From positions 1 to 21,763 of the forward strand of contig JBFXGD010000050.1 in assembly GCA_050178385.1 (NCBI GenBank): a stretch of 21,763 nt of DNA, in the 5' to 3' direction. Source of the DNA: Calditrichaceae bacterium (lineage in GTDB: Bacteria > Calditrichota > Calditrichia > Calditrichales > JBFXGD01). Positions 9,062 to 18,000 of the stretch are shown piece by piece (the first letter of the stretch is position 1; each line of letters starts with the position of its first letter). Position numbers and translations under genes: made by a program. The notes under the pieces are model-generated. The model did no database searches and was not told the origin of the DNA. It saw only the letters and a list, made by a program, of their open reading frames with translations.

Positions 9062-11467
9062 ATGTCTGTTCGCGCCGGTGAAATCATTTCCCATTACCGC
9101 ATTCTGAAAAAGATCGGCGGAGGCGGAATGGGAATCGTTTATCAGGCGGAAGATATAAAGCTGGGACGTTTGGTGGCGCTAAAATTTCTCCCGCCGGAAT
9201 TGACAAGAGATGAAGAATCTAAAAAAAGATTTATTCACGAAGCCCTTACTGTATCAAAATTAGACCATACGAACATATGTAGTATATATGAGATAAATGA
9301 AACTGATGATGATCAGCTATATATTTGTATGACCTATTGCGAAGGTAATATTCTTAAAACCCTTCTCGGAAATGGTCATTTTGAAACAGATATGATTTTA
9401 AGAATTACCCGACAATTAGCCAGAGGATTAAACTGCGCGCACCGCGCGCGTATTATTCATCGTGATATAAAACCTTCCAATATCGTGATCAGTCCGGAGG
9501 GCGTGCTAAAAATACTGGATTTTGGCCTGGCAAAATTTTCGGGTCAGACAAAATTAACCAAAACGGGTATGGCGCTGGGAACAGCGTGCTATATGTCACC
9601 GGAACAAGCCAGAGGTGATCCGGTGGATCATCGAACCGATATCTGGTCATTTGGTGTTGTTTTGTATGAAATGTTGACCGGAGAGCTACCCTTTAGGGGA
9701 GATTATGAACAGGCCGTTATTTACTCGATCCTGCATGAAAAACCATCAAAAATGGATCCATCTAATCAAAGAGAAAGAATCCTTCTTGAAAAATTAAGTT
9801 TGCGTTGCCTGGAAAAAGATCCGGATCTGCGTCCGCAATCGATGATGGAAGTTTTGGAGCTGCTCGAGGGTGACTCAGCCGGACTAATGTATATGATAAA
9901 ACGCAGGTTGACTAAAAAGGCTACTTATTTTATCGCCGCGACTGTGATTATTCTGACTGTTCTTTGGGCGGTTTCCGGCAGGCTTTTTCTGACTTCAGCG
10001 CCGGCTGACGATCGATGGCGTGTGGGAGTGCTCCCATTCCGGGCCTTATCAGAAGATTCTGAATCCAGGGGACTCCCTGTGCTTGTTCAGAATCTGATAG
10101 TAAGGGAACTAACCGGCCTGAAAGAGTTGGGTGTTGTTGATCCCTTAAGTCTTAATGAGTTGATCAAAAGTTCGGAGGATGGAACGGCGCCTGTCAGAGA
10201 TGAGGCGCTCTTCCGAAAACTTAGGGAGATCGGGATCAAATATGTTATTGACGGTACCATTACACAATTTGGTAATAAGATGCTGATTCAGTCAAGTGTG
10301 GTTGAATCACAAACCGCCGAAATCCAGTTTTCGTATAACAGGTCATCGGTAGATGAAGATAATATCCTGAGTGAAATTGACAGTGTTGTGGTGAAAATTC
10401 TTGACCATTTACAGTTGAAATACATCTCATCAGATGAGGCTACAGATATTACACCCTGGTTCAGAGCGGCATCGCAAAATATACCGGCCATAAAAGCATT
10501 TATTCAGGCGGGGCAGTACAACTTGCGCATGGATCCGGCCGCGGAAAAATACCTGCGACGCGCCATCGAGCTGGATTCCACATTTTTATCACCCAGAATC
10601 TGGTTGATATCAAAACTGATACATCAGCAAAATCCGGAGGAGGCAAATATACACTATGAAATTCTGCGTAAACTGGAATTGAATGCTAATCCTTTTGAGG
10701 AGGTAATGATTGACTGGGCCGGCGCAATGATGGCAAATGACTACCCCGCGCAGGCGAGATATCTGCATGTCGCTCTGGAGTACTCTCCTGGAAACAATAT
10801 CCTCTTGTTCAGTCTTGCCAGAATATTGTTTATGTTGAATGACTATAGCGGAAGCGTTCAAACACTCGAAGATATTGTCGAGATGGAATGGGAGTATTCG
10901 CCTGCCTATTATTTGCTGGGCGCGAGTTATTTTCAGACCGGTGAGCATGACAAGGCAAAAGATGTATTGGAAAATTCCATCCGCATTAAACCCGTATATC
11001 CAGAGATTTACAGCTTGCTCTCAGTTCTTAGCCTGGAATCAGAAGACTCAGCCAAATCGCAGATCTACGAAGATCTCTATATCAAAAGCATGCAGGAACA
11101 GGGAACCAGGATTACAGATATTCACGCGGATCTGGCGTCTTATTATTTTGACGTGGGAATGTTCAGGATCGCCGCTGGCCACTATGAGAAGGCGTTATTT
11201 CTTGGAGACCCAAAAGCTGAATATCACAGCGGATTAGGGATGTCATTGTATTTTGCCGGTAAGCCGGATGCCGCGAAAGATGAATTTTACAAAACAATAA
11301 GTATTGATTCGGGGTTCAGTGATGCCTATTACATGTTGGGTATCATTTATGAAGAAGGAAATAATCCGGAGCTCGCCATCCAATACTTTAAAAATTGTCT
11401 AATAATTGACTCTTTGAGCCAAAACGCGCTAATTGCAGGAGAGCATCTTAAAAAATTAATGGATTAG
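9062..11467 (+). CDS. Hanks-type Ser/Thr protein kinase 3: kinase - TM - TolB-N-like - TPR array, with a C-terminal region divergent from kinases 1/2
   Basis: Kinase motifs are GGGGMGIVY, VALK, HRDIKPSN, DFG, GTACYMSPE and DIWSFG. TM ATYFIAATVIILTVLWAV is followed by VGVLPF and TPRs (AYYLLGASYFQTG, AYYMLGIIY). Confidence 0.95.
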   Translation: MSVRAGEIISHYRILKKIGGGGMGIVYQAEDIKLGRLVALKFLPPELTRDEESKKRFIHEALTVSKLDHTNICSIYEINETDDDQLYICMTYCEGNILKTLLGNGHFETDMILRITRQLARGLNCAHRARIIHRDIKPSNIVISPEGVLKILDFGLAKFSGQTKLTKTGMALGTACYMSPEQARGDPVDHRTDIWSFGVVLYEMLTGELPFRGDYEQAVIYSILHEKPSKMDPSNQRERILLEKLSLRCLEKDPDLRPQSMMEVLELLEGDSAGLMYMIKRRLTKKATYFIAATVIILTVLWAVSGRLFLTSAPADDRWRVGVLPFRALSEDSESRGLPVLVQNLIVRELTGLKELGVVDPLSLNELIKSSEDGTAPVRDEALFRKLREIGIKYVIDGTITQFGNKMLIQSSVVESQTAEIQFSYNRSSVDEDNILSEIDSVVVKILDHLQLKYISSDEATDITPWFRAASQNIPAIKAFIQAGQYNLRMDPAAEKYLRRAIELDSTFLSPRIWLISKLIHQQNPEEANIHYEILRKLELNANPFEEVMIDWAGAMMANDYPAQARYLHVALEYSPGNNILLFSLARILFMLNDYSGSVQTLEDIVEMEWEYSPAYYLLGASYFQTGEHDKAKDVLENSIRIKPVYPEIYSLLSVLSLESEDSAKSQIYEDLYIKSMQEQGTRITDIHADLASYYFDVGMFRIAAGHYEKALFLGDPKAEYHSGLGMSLYFAGKPDAAKDEFYKTISIDSGFSDAYYMLGIIYEEGNNPELAIQYFKNCLIIDSLSQNALIAGEHLKKLMD

Positions 11468-11499
11468 CCACTATTTATATTAATTTGAAAGGTGATTTT

Positions 11500-11799
11500 A
11501 TGGAATCGTCAGAAAACAAACTGGAAAAAATGTATCATCTGGCGCGAAGTGATCAGGAATTCCTGAATCTGCTTATAAAGAATCCGGATGAAGCGCTTCG
11601 GCACCGCGAACTCGGATTCAGCGCAGATGATATTCCCAAAGTCAAAATTCTGCTTAATGAAAAAAGGCCGACAAGCTTTATGCAGATTTTAAGGAACACA
11701 CGTGATCTTCTGGATCCGAAACCGCCGGGACCCCGTCCTCCGGATCCCTGGGAACCCTGGCCGGACTGGAGAAAAAGTCATAGTCCGGGGAAAATGTAG
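11500..11799 (+). CDS. Putative RiPP/peptide-signal precursor: NHLP-clan/ComX-like helical leader plus Pro/Trp-rich core
   Basis: ATG 11500 follows SD AAAGGTGA. The leader LEKMYHLARSDQEFLNLLIKNPDEAL matches the A..D.EF...L..NP..AL pattern of NHLP-clan leaders. The C-terminus is DPKPPGPRPPDPWEPWPDWRK. Confidence 0.75.
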   Translation: MESSENKLEKMYHLARSDQEFLNLLIKNPDEALRHRELGFSADDIPKVKILLNEKRPTSFMQILRNTRDLLDPKPPGPRPPDPWEPWPDWRKSHSPGKM

Positions 11800-11838
11800 A
11801 ATACCGTTTACTTTTTGGATATCGACGGTGATATTGTA

Positions 11839-12783
11839 ATGATTGACAATACGCAAAATTATAAGGCTGTGAATTCAATCGGGAACCGGCTGAATCAATT
11901 TACCAGGACCTTACCGGAAAATTTAAGGGAGACGATTGATTCATATCTGACAGTGCCCGGGAGTGAAATTTCAGACCTGGATATGTTTCAGATGCCGTTC
12001 TGGATGTTGCTGCCCGATATGTTTTCGATGGTCTGGCCAAAAGCAAAAAAAGATTCAAGGTTTTGTGAAGATATCCTCTGGGCGCAATTATCGGTGTTTT
12101 TACATTTCAGAATTGAAGATGATTTACTAGATGGAGATTCGGACAATGAGTTGTTGATGGATGCCGGTCAGCGGTTTTTGCATGAAGGTAAAATGATGTT
12201 TTTGAATTATTTTGATTCGGCATCCCATTTCCAGGCCATTTATAACAGCCTTCTGAAGGATTCAAGAATTGCACTATCAACAGTTGATAAACTGGAGAAA
12301 AATTTCAATACAGATCCCCACCTACTCAGAGAAAAGTATATAGAACTGGCCGGTTTATTAAATCTCGCCTCGGCCGCTTATTGCAGCAGATATAACCGTA
12401 TGAATGAATATGATGATTTAACTTGTTTCGGCGCAAAAATGACCATGGCCGGACAAATTTGTGATGATCTGAAGGATCTGGAACAGGATTTGAAAAGAAG
12501 CCGCTATAATTACGCGGGGAATATTCTCCTGAACCGGCTAAGAGAAATTGAACCACAGTGTGGCTCTTCACTGGACAGTGTCTGCAGGGCCATGATTCTC
12601 ACATCGGGTGTCGAAGAATTGTTCTCTGAGATTGAAGATGATTTACACTCGGCGGAGAATATTTGCCGCAAACTTGGTTTAAATGAGATGGTGTTGCTGA
12701 TTAATTTTTATCGCGAGCGTACAAGTCTAATCCGATGGCATTTTCATGGAAAAAGAGCGGACTATTTTTTTAACCGGATATGA
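11839..12783 (+). CDS. Class I isoprenoid-synthase-fold protein, candidate ComQ-like peptide (Trp) prenyltransferase
   Basis: Two Asp-rich motifs are present: RIEDDLLDGD (12118-12132) and GQICDDLKD (12463-12477). There is no RRG after the first motif and no KT motif. The start is taken at ATG 11839 behind GGTGA (alternative TTG 11815). Confidence 0.78.
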   Translation: MIDNTQNYKAVNSIGNRLNQFTRTLPENLRETIDSYLTVPGSEISDLDMFQMPFWMLLPDMFSMVWPKAKKDSRFCEDILWAQLSVFLHFRIEDDLLDGDSDNELLMDAGQRFLHEGKMMFLNYFDSASHFQAIYNSLLKDSRIALSTVDKLEKNFNTDPHLLREKYIELAGLLNLASAAYCSRYNRMNEYDDLTCFGAKMTMAGQICDDLKDLEQDLKRSRYNYAGNILLNRLREIEPQCGSSLDSVCRAMILTSGVEELFSEIEDDLHSAENICRKLGLNEMVLLINFYRERTSLIRWHFHGKRADYFFNRI

Positions 12784-13943
12784 TCAGCCTGGTGAGCATG
12801 CATTTTCGAAACGATTTTTGCGGCGCGTTCGGGGTAATCCGTCAGAATGCCGTTTATACCCATTTTGATCAGGCACTTCATCTCGCGCCGTCTGTTGATG
12901 GTCCAGCTGATAAGTTTATCAACCGGTACATAAGGCGATGATTGATTATGTTCTTCACGAAGAATCGTATCATGCGCTATGACGCGTCGGTAGGTTGTCC
13001 AGGGTCCAAGCTGCAGGATGGTGGGCCGTCCAACGGAGGCATAACTGTTTTGAAACAAAACCGCCGGTCTTACCGAGCTGTATTCCAGAGGATCAATCAC
13101 AATACCGGATGGCATTTCGATATCAAGCGCGAAATCGTGGCCCGGAAGGAATTCTTTCATGCGGCTTAATATATTTTCATCCGGTGTCAGCAAAATAACC
13201 GGAAATGATGGCGTGAAAGCATTGAGAATAAGCCTGATTCTCTGCATCATCGGCTCAATTAATTTGATATATTTGAACGGTGTTTTTATATCCAGAAACA
13301 GAGCTTTAATCCCGTTCTCTCCGGTACACCATTTCATTACATCCTCGAGAGTGGGTATTTTGGCGGGAGCCCATTGAGAATGATCATTTTTTAGAGTATA
13401 TCCGTAATGTGTTCTCAGAGTGTCAAGTGTGATCATGTGAACGGGTTTACGATACTCCGGGGATTGTGGAACAGACGGACGGTATTTCACATGGGGCTCC
13501 AGTCCCGACTGGCGGACAAGAGCAACGGTGTCATCCGGATCCCAGTCATGCCATAAAACGATCTGCCCGTCGGATGTCATGCTTATATCAATTTCCAAAG
13601 CATTTGCGCCGTGAGTATTAAGCGCTTTTTGAAGAGATGGAATCGTGTTTTCAATCTCATGCGCCGCTGCGCCCCGGTGACCTATAATTAAAAATCCGGA
13701 TTGGTCCTGATGGTCATCCGGGATTTCCGGGCAGTAGCGGAATAATTCATAGATCCAGAGGGGTAAAAACCGGATGAGAGCAAAAGCCATACAAAACAAG
13801 AATACAAGCCAGTTCAGAGATGATATGGCCGGTTCCGCCATTTTTGATGTGGCGCTCCGTTCTTTTTTCATATGCGCGGACGCGAAGGAATTTATTTTTA
13901 TTTTCCGGATCCCGGCCTTCTGTTTACAATAAGTAAGCGCCAA
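12762..13943 (-). CDS. Glycerophosphodiester phosphodiesterase (GDPD) family protein with N-terminal hydrophobic segment
   Basis: GDPD motifs are IIGHRGA, ENT, ALEIDI, VLWHD, IPTLEDV, LDIK, WTIN and GILTDYP. The start codon is uncertain (TTG 13943 with GGAGG, or a later ATG). Confidence 0.9.
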   Translation of the reverse strand: MALTYCKQKAGIRKIKINSFASAHMKKERSATSKMAEPAISSLNWLVFLFCMAFALIRFLPLWIYELFRYCPEIPDDHQDQSGFLIIGHRGAAAHEIENTIPSLQKALNTHGANALEIDISMTSDGQIVLWHDWDPDDTVALVRQSGLEPHVKYRPSVPQSPEYRKPVHMITLDTLRTHYGYTLKNDHSQWAPAKIPTLEDVMKWCTGENGIKALFLDIKTPFKYIKLIEPMMQRIRLILNAFTPSFPVILLTPDENILSRMKEFLPGHDFALDIEMPSGIVIDPLEYSSVRPAVLFQNSYASVGRPTILQLGPWTTYRRVIAHDTILREEHNQSSPYVPVDKLISWTINRRREMKCLIKMGINGILTDYPERAAKIVSKMHAHQADHIRLKK

Positions 13944-14217
13944 AATTCCTCCAAAATGATTTTATCTTAAGATAAATACTTAATTCAGAATTGGAAATAT
14001 GAAAAAAAATTAGAAATCTGTAGGTTTGATAAATTTATATTTGTACAAAAGCTAAGATATAATCTCATGAGTTTGTAAGATTGTGATATTGAATCTTTTT
14101 TCCTTTTTCTTTTACCTTTTTTCTTAAAATACAAACCTGATTGAATATTGAATTTGGAATATGTTATCGCTATCTTTATACATTGGAAAAATTTCAGCAT
14201 AAGGAGTCCGAAACACG

Positions 14218-15024
14218 ATGGAAAAGACAGATCCGGTAAAGAAAAATAACATGAAATCGAAACTGGATATCGCAAAAAACTGGCTTCCCCGATATACAGG
14301 CACCAATATTGATGACTTTGGCGATTATATCCTCCTGACAAATTTTCCCAATTATGTGGAAAAATTCGCGGAGCAGTTTAAATGCGATGTCAATGGAGTC
14401 GGACGTCCGATGCAGGCGGCGACAAACTCCAACGGTCTTTCCATAATCAATTATGGAATGGGTTCACCCAATGTGGCGACCATTATGGATCTTCTGACCG
14501 CGCGTCAGCCCAAGGGAGTGTTATTTCTTGGGAAATGCGGTGGCCTAAAAAACTCAGCGGAAATCGGACACTTTATACTGCCAATAGCGGCCATACGTGG
14601 AGAAGGAACAAGCAATGATTACATGCCGCTGGAAGTGCCCGCTTTGCCTTCATTCAAAATGCATAAATTTATTTCGGATAAAATTATAGAACACGGTCAG
14701 GATTACCGGACGGGTGTGGTTTACACCACCAACCGGCGGGTCTGGGAGTGGGATAAGGAGTTCAAACAATATCTGAAAAAGCTGTCGGTAATCGCGATTG
14801 ATATGGAGACGGCGACCATGTTTATTGTCGGTCACGTCAATGAGATTTCGCGCGGGGCGCTTCTTCTGGTATCCGATATGCCGCTTCTGCCCGAAGGGAT
14901 TAAGACCGAAGAATCGGACCGCATGGTCACCCGCAAATATGTGGATCTTCACCTTCAGATAGGAATTGAAGCCATGACCGAGATTGGCGGAAAAGGTGAA
15001 CAAATAAGGCATTTCAGATATTAG
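14218..15024 (+). CDS. amn: AMP nucleosidase (short, Bacteroidetes/Chlamydia-type; PNP/UDP phosphorylase family)
   Basis: Motifs are NWLPRYTG, YILLTNF, GMGSPN, FLGKCGGL, AIRGEGTS, TTNRRVWE and IDMETAT. The start is 14218 (AAGGAG upstream) or 14251. Confidence 0.9.
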   Translation: MEKTDPVKKNNMKSKLDIAKNWLPRYTGTNIDDFGDYILLTNFPNYVEKFAEQFKCDVNGVGRPMQAATNSNGLSIINYGMGSPNVATIMDLLTARQPKGVLFLGKCGGLKNSAEIGHFILPIAAIRGEGTSNDYMPLEVPALPSFKMHKFISDKIIEHGQDYRTGVVYTTNRRVWEWDKEFKQYLKKLSVIAIDMETATMFIVGHVNEISRGALLLVSDMPLLPEGIKTEESDRMVTRKYVDLHLQIGIEAMTEIGGKGEQIRHFRY

Positions 15025-15035
15025 CAGATCTGAAT

Positions 15036-18000
15036 TTATAGCGCGGATGGCCAGAGAACCAATTTATCTCCGTTGATTTCAAACCCCTTTTTGATGAATA
15101 TTTGAGCAACAAGGCTCTTTACAGCCGCTTTCCCGTCAATCAAACTGATTTCCATTCGCTGTCTGGATGTTAACGCCGCGGGCAGCTTTAACCAGTTTTT
15201 TATCACATCACATAACGCCTCAGACAAGTCGGGGGAGAAATTAGCGGTAGTGTGGATACGGTCGCCATACTGTTCGGTGTAGGCAATCACACGGCCGTTT
15301 AAAAATATTAAATGATTTGAAGCCTGCCTGGTGACCGGAATCGAATTCCCATTTTTGTTAAGTATATTCCATGAAACCGCTCCACCCAAAGGCATCGAAG
15401 GATCTGTCGCGCTAATCGATATGGCTGATGAATTATCTTCAAGCGGCTGCGCCTGAATTTTTTCAAGCAAATCTAAGGCTTCGGGTAAGGCGAATTGCAC
15501 ACCTGAAAGGCCTTTGATGAAATATCCGCGGCGGATTTCACCCTGCCATTCCAGCCGTTTTAGAACTTGAAATATGCGGTACCACGGCACAAGGCCTGCC
15601 TCCCTGCGGTACCATTCCTTTACCAGAATCCCATAACGCCGGAGCAGCATCCTCGCCTGCCGTTCCGCCCGGAGCGGATCATCGATATTTTTGCCCAGTA
15701 CAGCAAAGGAATCAAGAGTAAACCAGCGCCCTTTTTTCAGCTGAATTTGTCCGGAAACCATTTTCTTGATCGCGGATCTGTTCAAACGCGGACGTCTTTG
15801 AGATCGGGCCCAGGGAGGAGCCTCGGGCAGCTGACTGCTTCTTTCGGAGTTCTGGCCGGATTTCAGTATACCGTAAAGCGCGTCAGGATCGTCACAGGAA
15901 ATTAGACCCCTGTTTACCAGAACAGACAGAGCCTCCGTGAGATCACTATAGGCCAAATCCGCGCCTGCTTCCATGTCACGGAACAGACTGGCCCCGTTTT
16001 CCCTTAAAAAGGATAAAATAATCCGGGCCTGATCTGTGAGTTTCTCATTATTTGCGGTTAGAAATTCCCTTTCATAAAATAGATTTCCGCCTGATCGGGG
16101 AATGAACTGAATCATGCGGCGTCCGGTTTCCGCACCGCGAATTATTCTCAGGATAATTTCGCCATTATGGATAAAGCCATATAATTTCTCAATTGGCTCG
16201 CCCAGAGATGAAGGATTGGAAGGGCAGAATCTGGAATATAATATTTCCTGTTCAAAAAAGTTCAGTGGAAAATGATAGCCCTGATAATGATTTAGAATAT
16301 CCGCGACCGATTGACCGGGCTTATCGATACGGTGCCAGGCCAGCGAAAAAGGGAAGAAAAGTTCTGTCGGAACAGGGGATGCTGAGCGTCGTCGGCCGCC
16401 GATGGTCGTCCGATATAATTCAGCGAAATTTTGCCTGTCGCACCAGTAATCCTGATTTTCTCCAGCGATCAGTTTTCCCCTGACAAGCTCTTTCTCTTTA
16501 TGCAGCCGGTCTAATATTTCCAATACTTCTTTGTCAGAAAAAGAAATAGTCAGCAGGATCTCATCCTCTGTGACCGGTCCCCGGATTCTCATCAATTTCT
16601 GAATTCGTTTTCGAAGGTGCCCATTTTTCCCGGGATTCGAATATAATTTTTTATCAGATGTTGCTATCCAGCCGCCGGGATTGCCTTTTAACAGGAAAAT
16701 TCGATTTTCCGAATTCAAATCGTCAATCCAGTCCTGAAAACCATCCGCGGCCCGTTTTGCCAGTTCTTCACTGCTGACGGGTCCAAGTTTTTCGATGATA
16801 GAATAGAGCGCCTCTCTGTCATGGGCCTGAAACGCGAGGTCAAGGTGCTGCCAGCGGCGTTCAGCTTGTTCAACTATTGTTCGTGATACAACGGAAGGTA
16901 TTTTTTCGTTGTTGAGTATCTCATTTAATAACTCCCCGGCAGAAGCGTCCGGTTTTCCAGCCTGACGGCTGCGGTCGGATTCGTATATATTATCTGAGAG
17001 AAATTTAAAAAGGATTCCCGATGCCATCGGAGAAGGATAGGGTGTATTGACATAGCGAATCCGTATGCTTCCGTCCCGGATTTGTCCGATCACCTGTTTG
17101 AGGGAGTCCAGGTCAAATACATCGTTCAGGCAATCTCTGTATGTTTCCGCGATAATCGGAAAATCAGGATATTTTCTGACTGTTTGGAGCAGATCGGATG
17201 CCCGAAGACGCTGGAGCCAGAGTGGGATTCTTGTTCCGGGCCGGCTTCGGGGCAACAGCAGCGCGCGCGCCGCGTTATAACGAAAGCGGATAGAAAAAAT
17301 ATGCGTATCGATAAGCGACGAGACTAACAGCTCTTCAATATCCTCCGCGGTCAGCCGGAATAATGCTTCGAAGTCCGGGGCTTCTTCCGTATCGAGCAGA
17401 CGGATTAAAATATTATCGTCATCATATGTGTATTGCGCCTGGAGATTTGCCGTTCTTTCAATCGCGGTAGAAAGAGCGATAGCCCACGCGCCGTTCACTC
17501 TCGCTCCAAGCGGCGCGTGCAGCATCATCAAAGGCTCGCCGCTGGCGTCCGCGAACCATTCCAGCACAAAGGTTTTATCAGTCGCAATAACCGCGCTATG
17601 CTCTTTTTGTTTCTGATAATATTGGAGCAGATTTTTTGTGGTGAAGGGATCGGCATGGCACTCATTTTCAAGCCAAGTCTCAGCCGTATGATGTTCGATT
17701 TTTTCTGTGAGTTCACTGCGGAAGGCCGCAATCTGCAGGCTTGTGGAATAGCCCCGGTAAAGAATATCCCCTTTCCAGAACGGTGCTCTTGGTTTGATAT
17801 CCGAACGGGGGGAGACGATCATGCGATCCTGCCGGATTTCATTGATTTGCCATTCATTGTTGCCGAGGAAGAAAATATCACCGACGCGTGATTCAAATAC
17901 AAATTCTTCTTCCATTTCACCCAGCTTGACATTTTCACCATCGAGATAAACGCCATAATATCCACGGTCCGGGATGGTTCCGCCGTTCATCACCGCGGTG

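Noticed and set aside
8781..9087. ORFs 8800-9009(+), 8781-9059(-) and 8893-9087(-)
   Set aside because: They are mutually overlapping AT-rich frames with no SD or recognisable motif, more likely the kinase-3 promoter region.
11713..11769. Radical-SAM/P450 cyclophane, YcaO or lanthipeptide RiPP interpretation of the Trp-rich core
   Set aside because: There is no CxxxCxxC rSAM, P450, YcaO or LanM gene in the window. The only adjacent enzyme has the isoprenoid-synthase fold.
11839..12783. Housekeeping FPP/GGPP synthase (ispA/ispB)
   Set aside because: It lacks the GKR.RP, RRG and KT motifs, and its context is a peptide/kinase operon.
13985..14341. Minus-strand ORFs 13985-14341 and 14124-14306
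   Set aside because: They overlap amn antisense and an AT-rich divergent intergenic region, and their composition is not protein-like.
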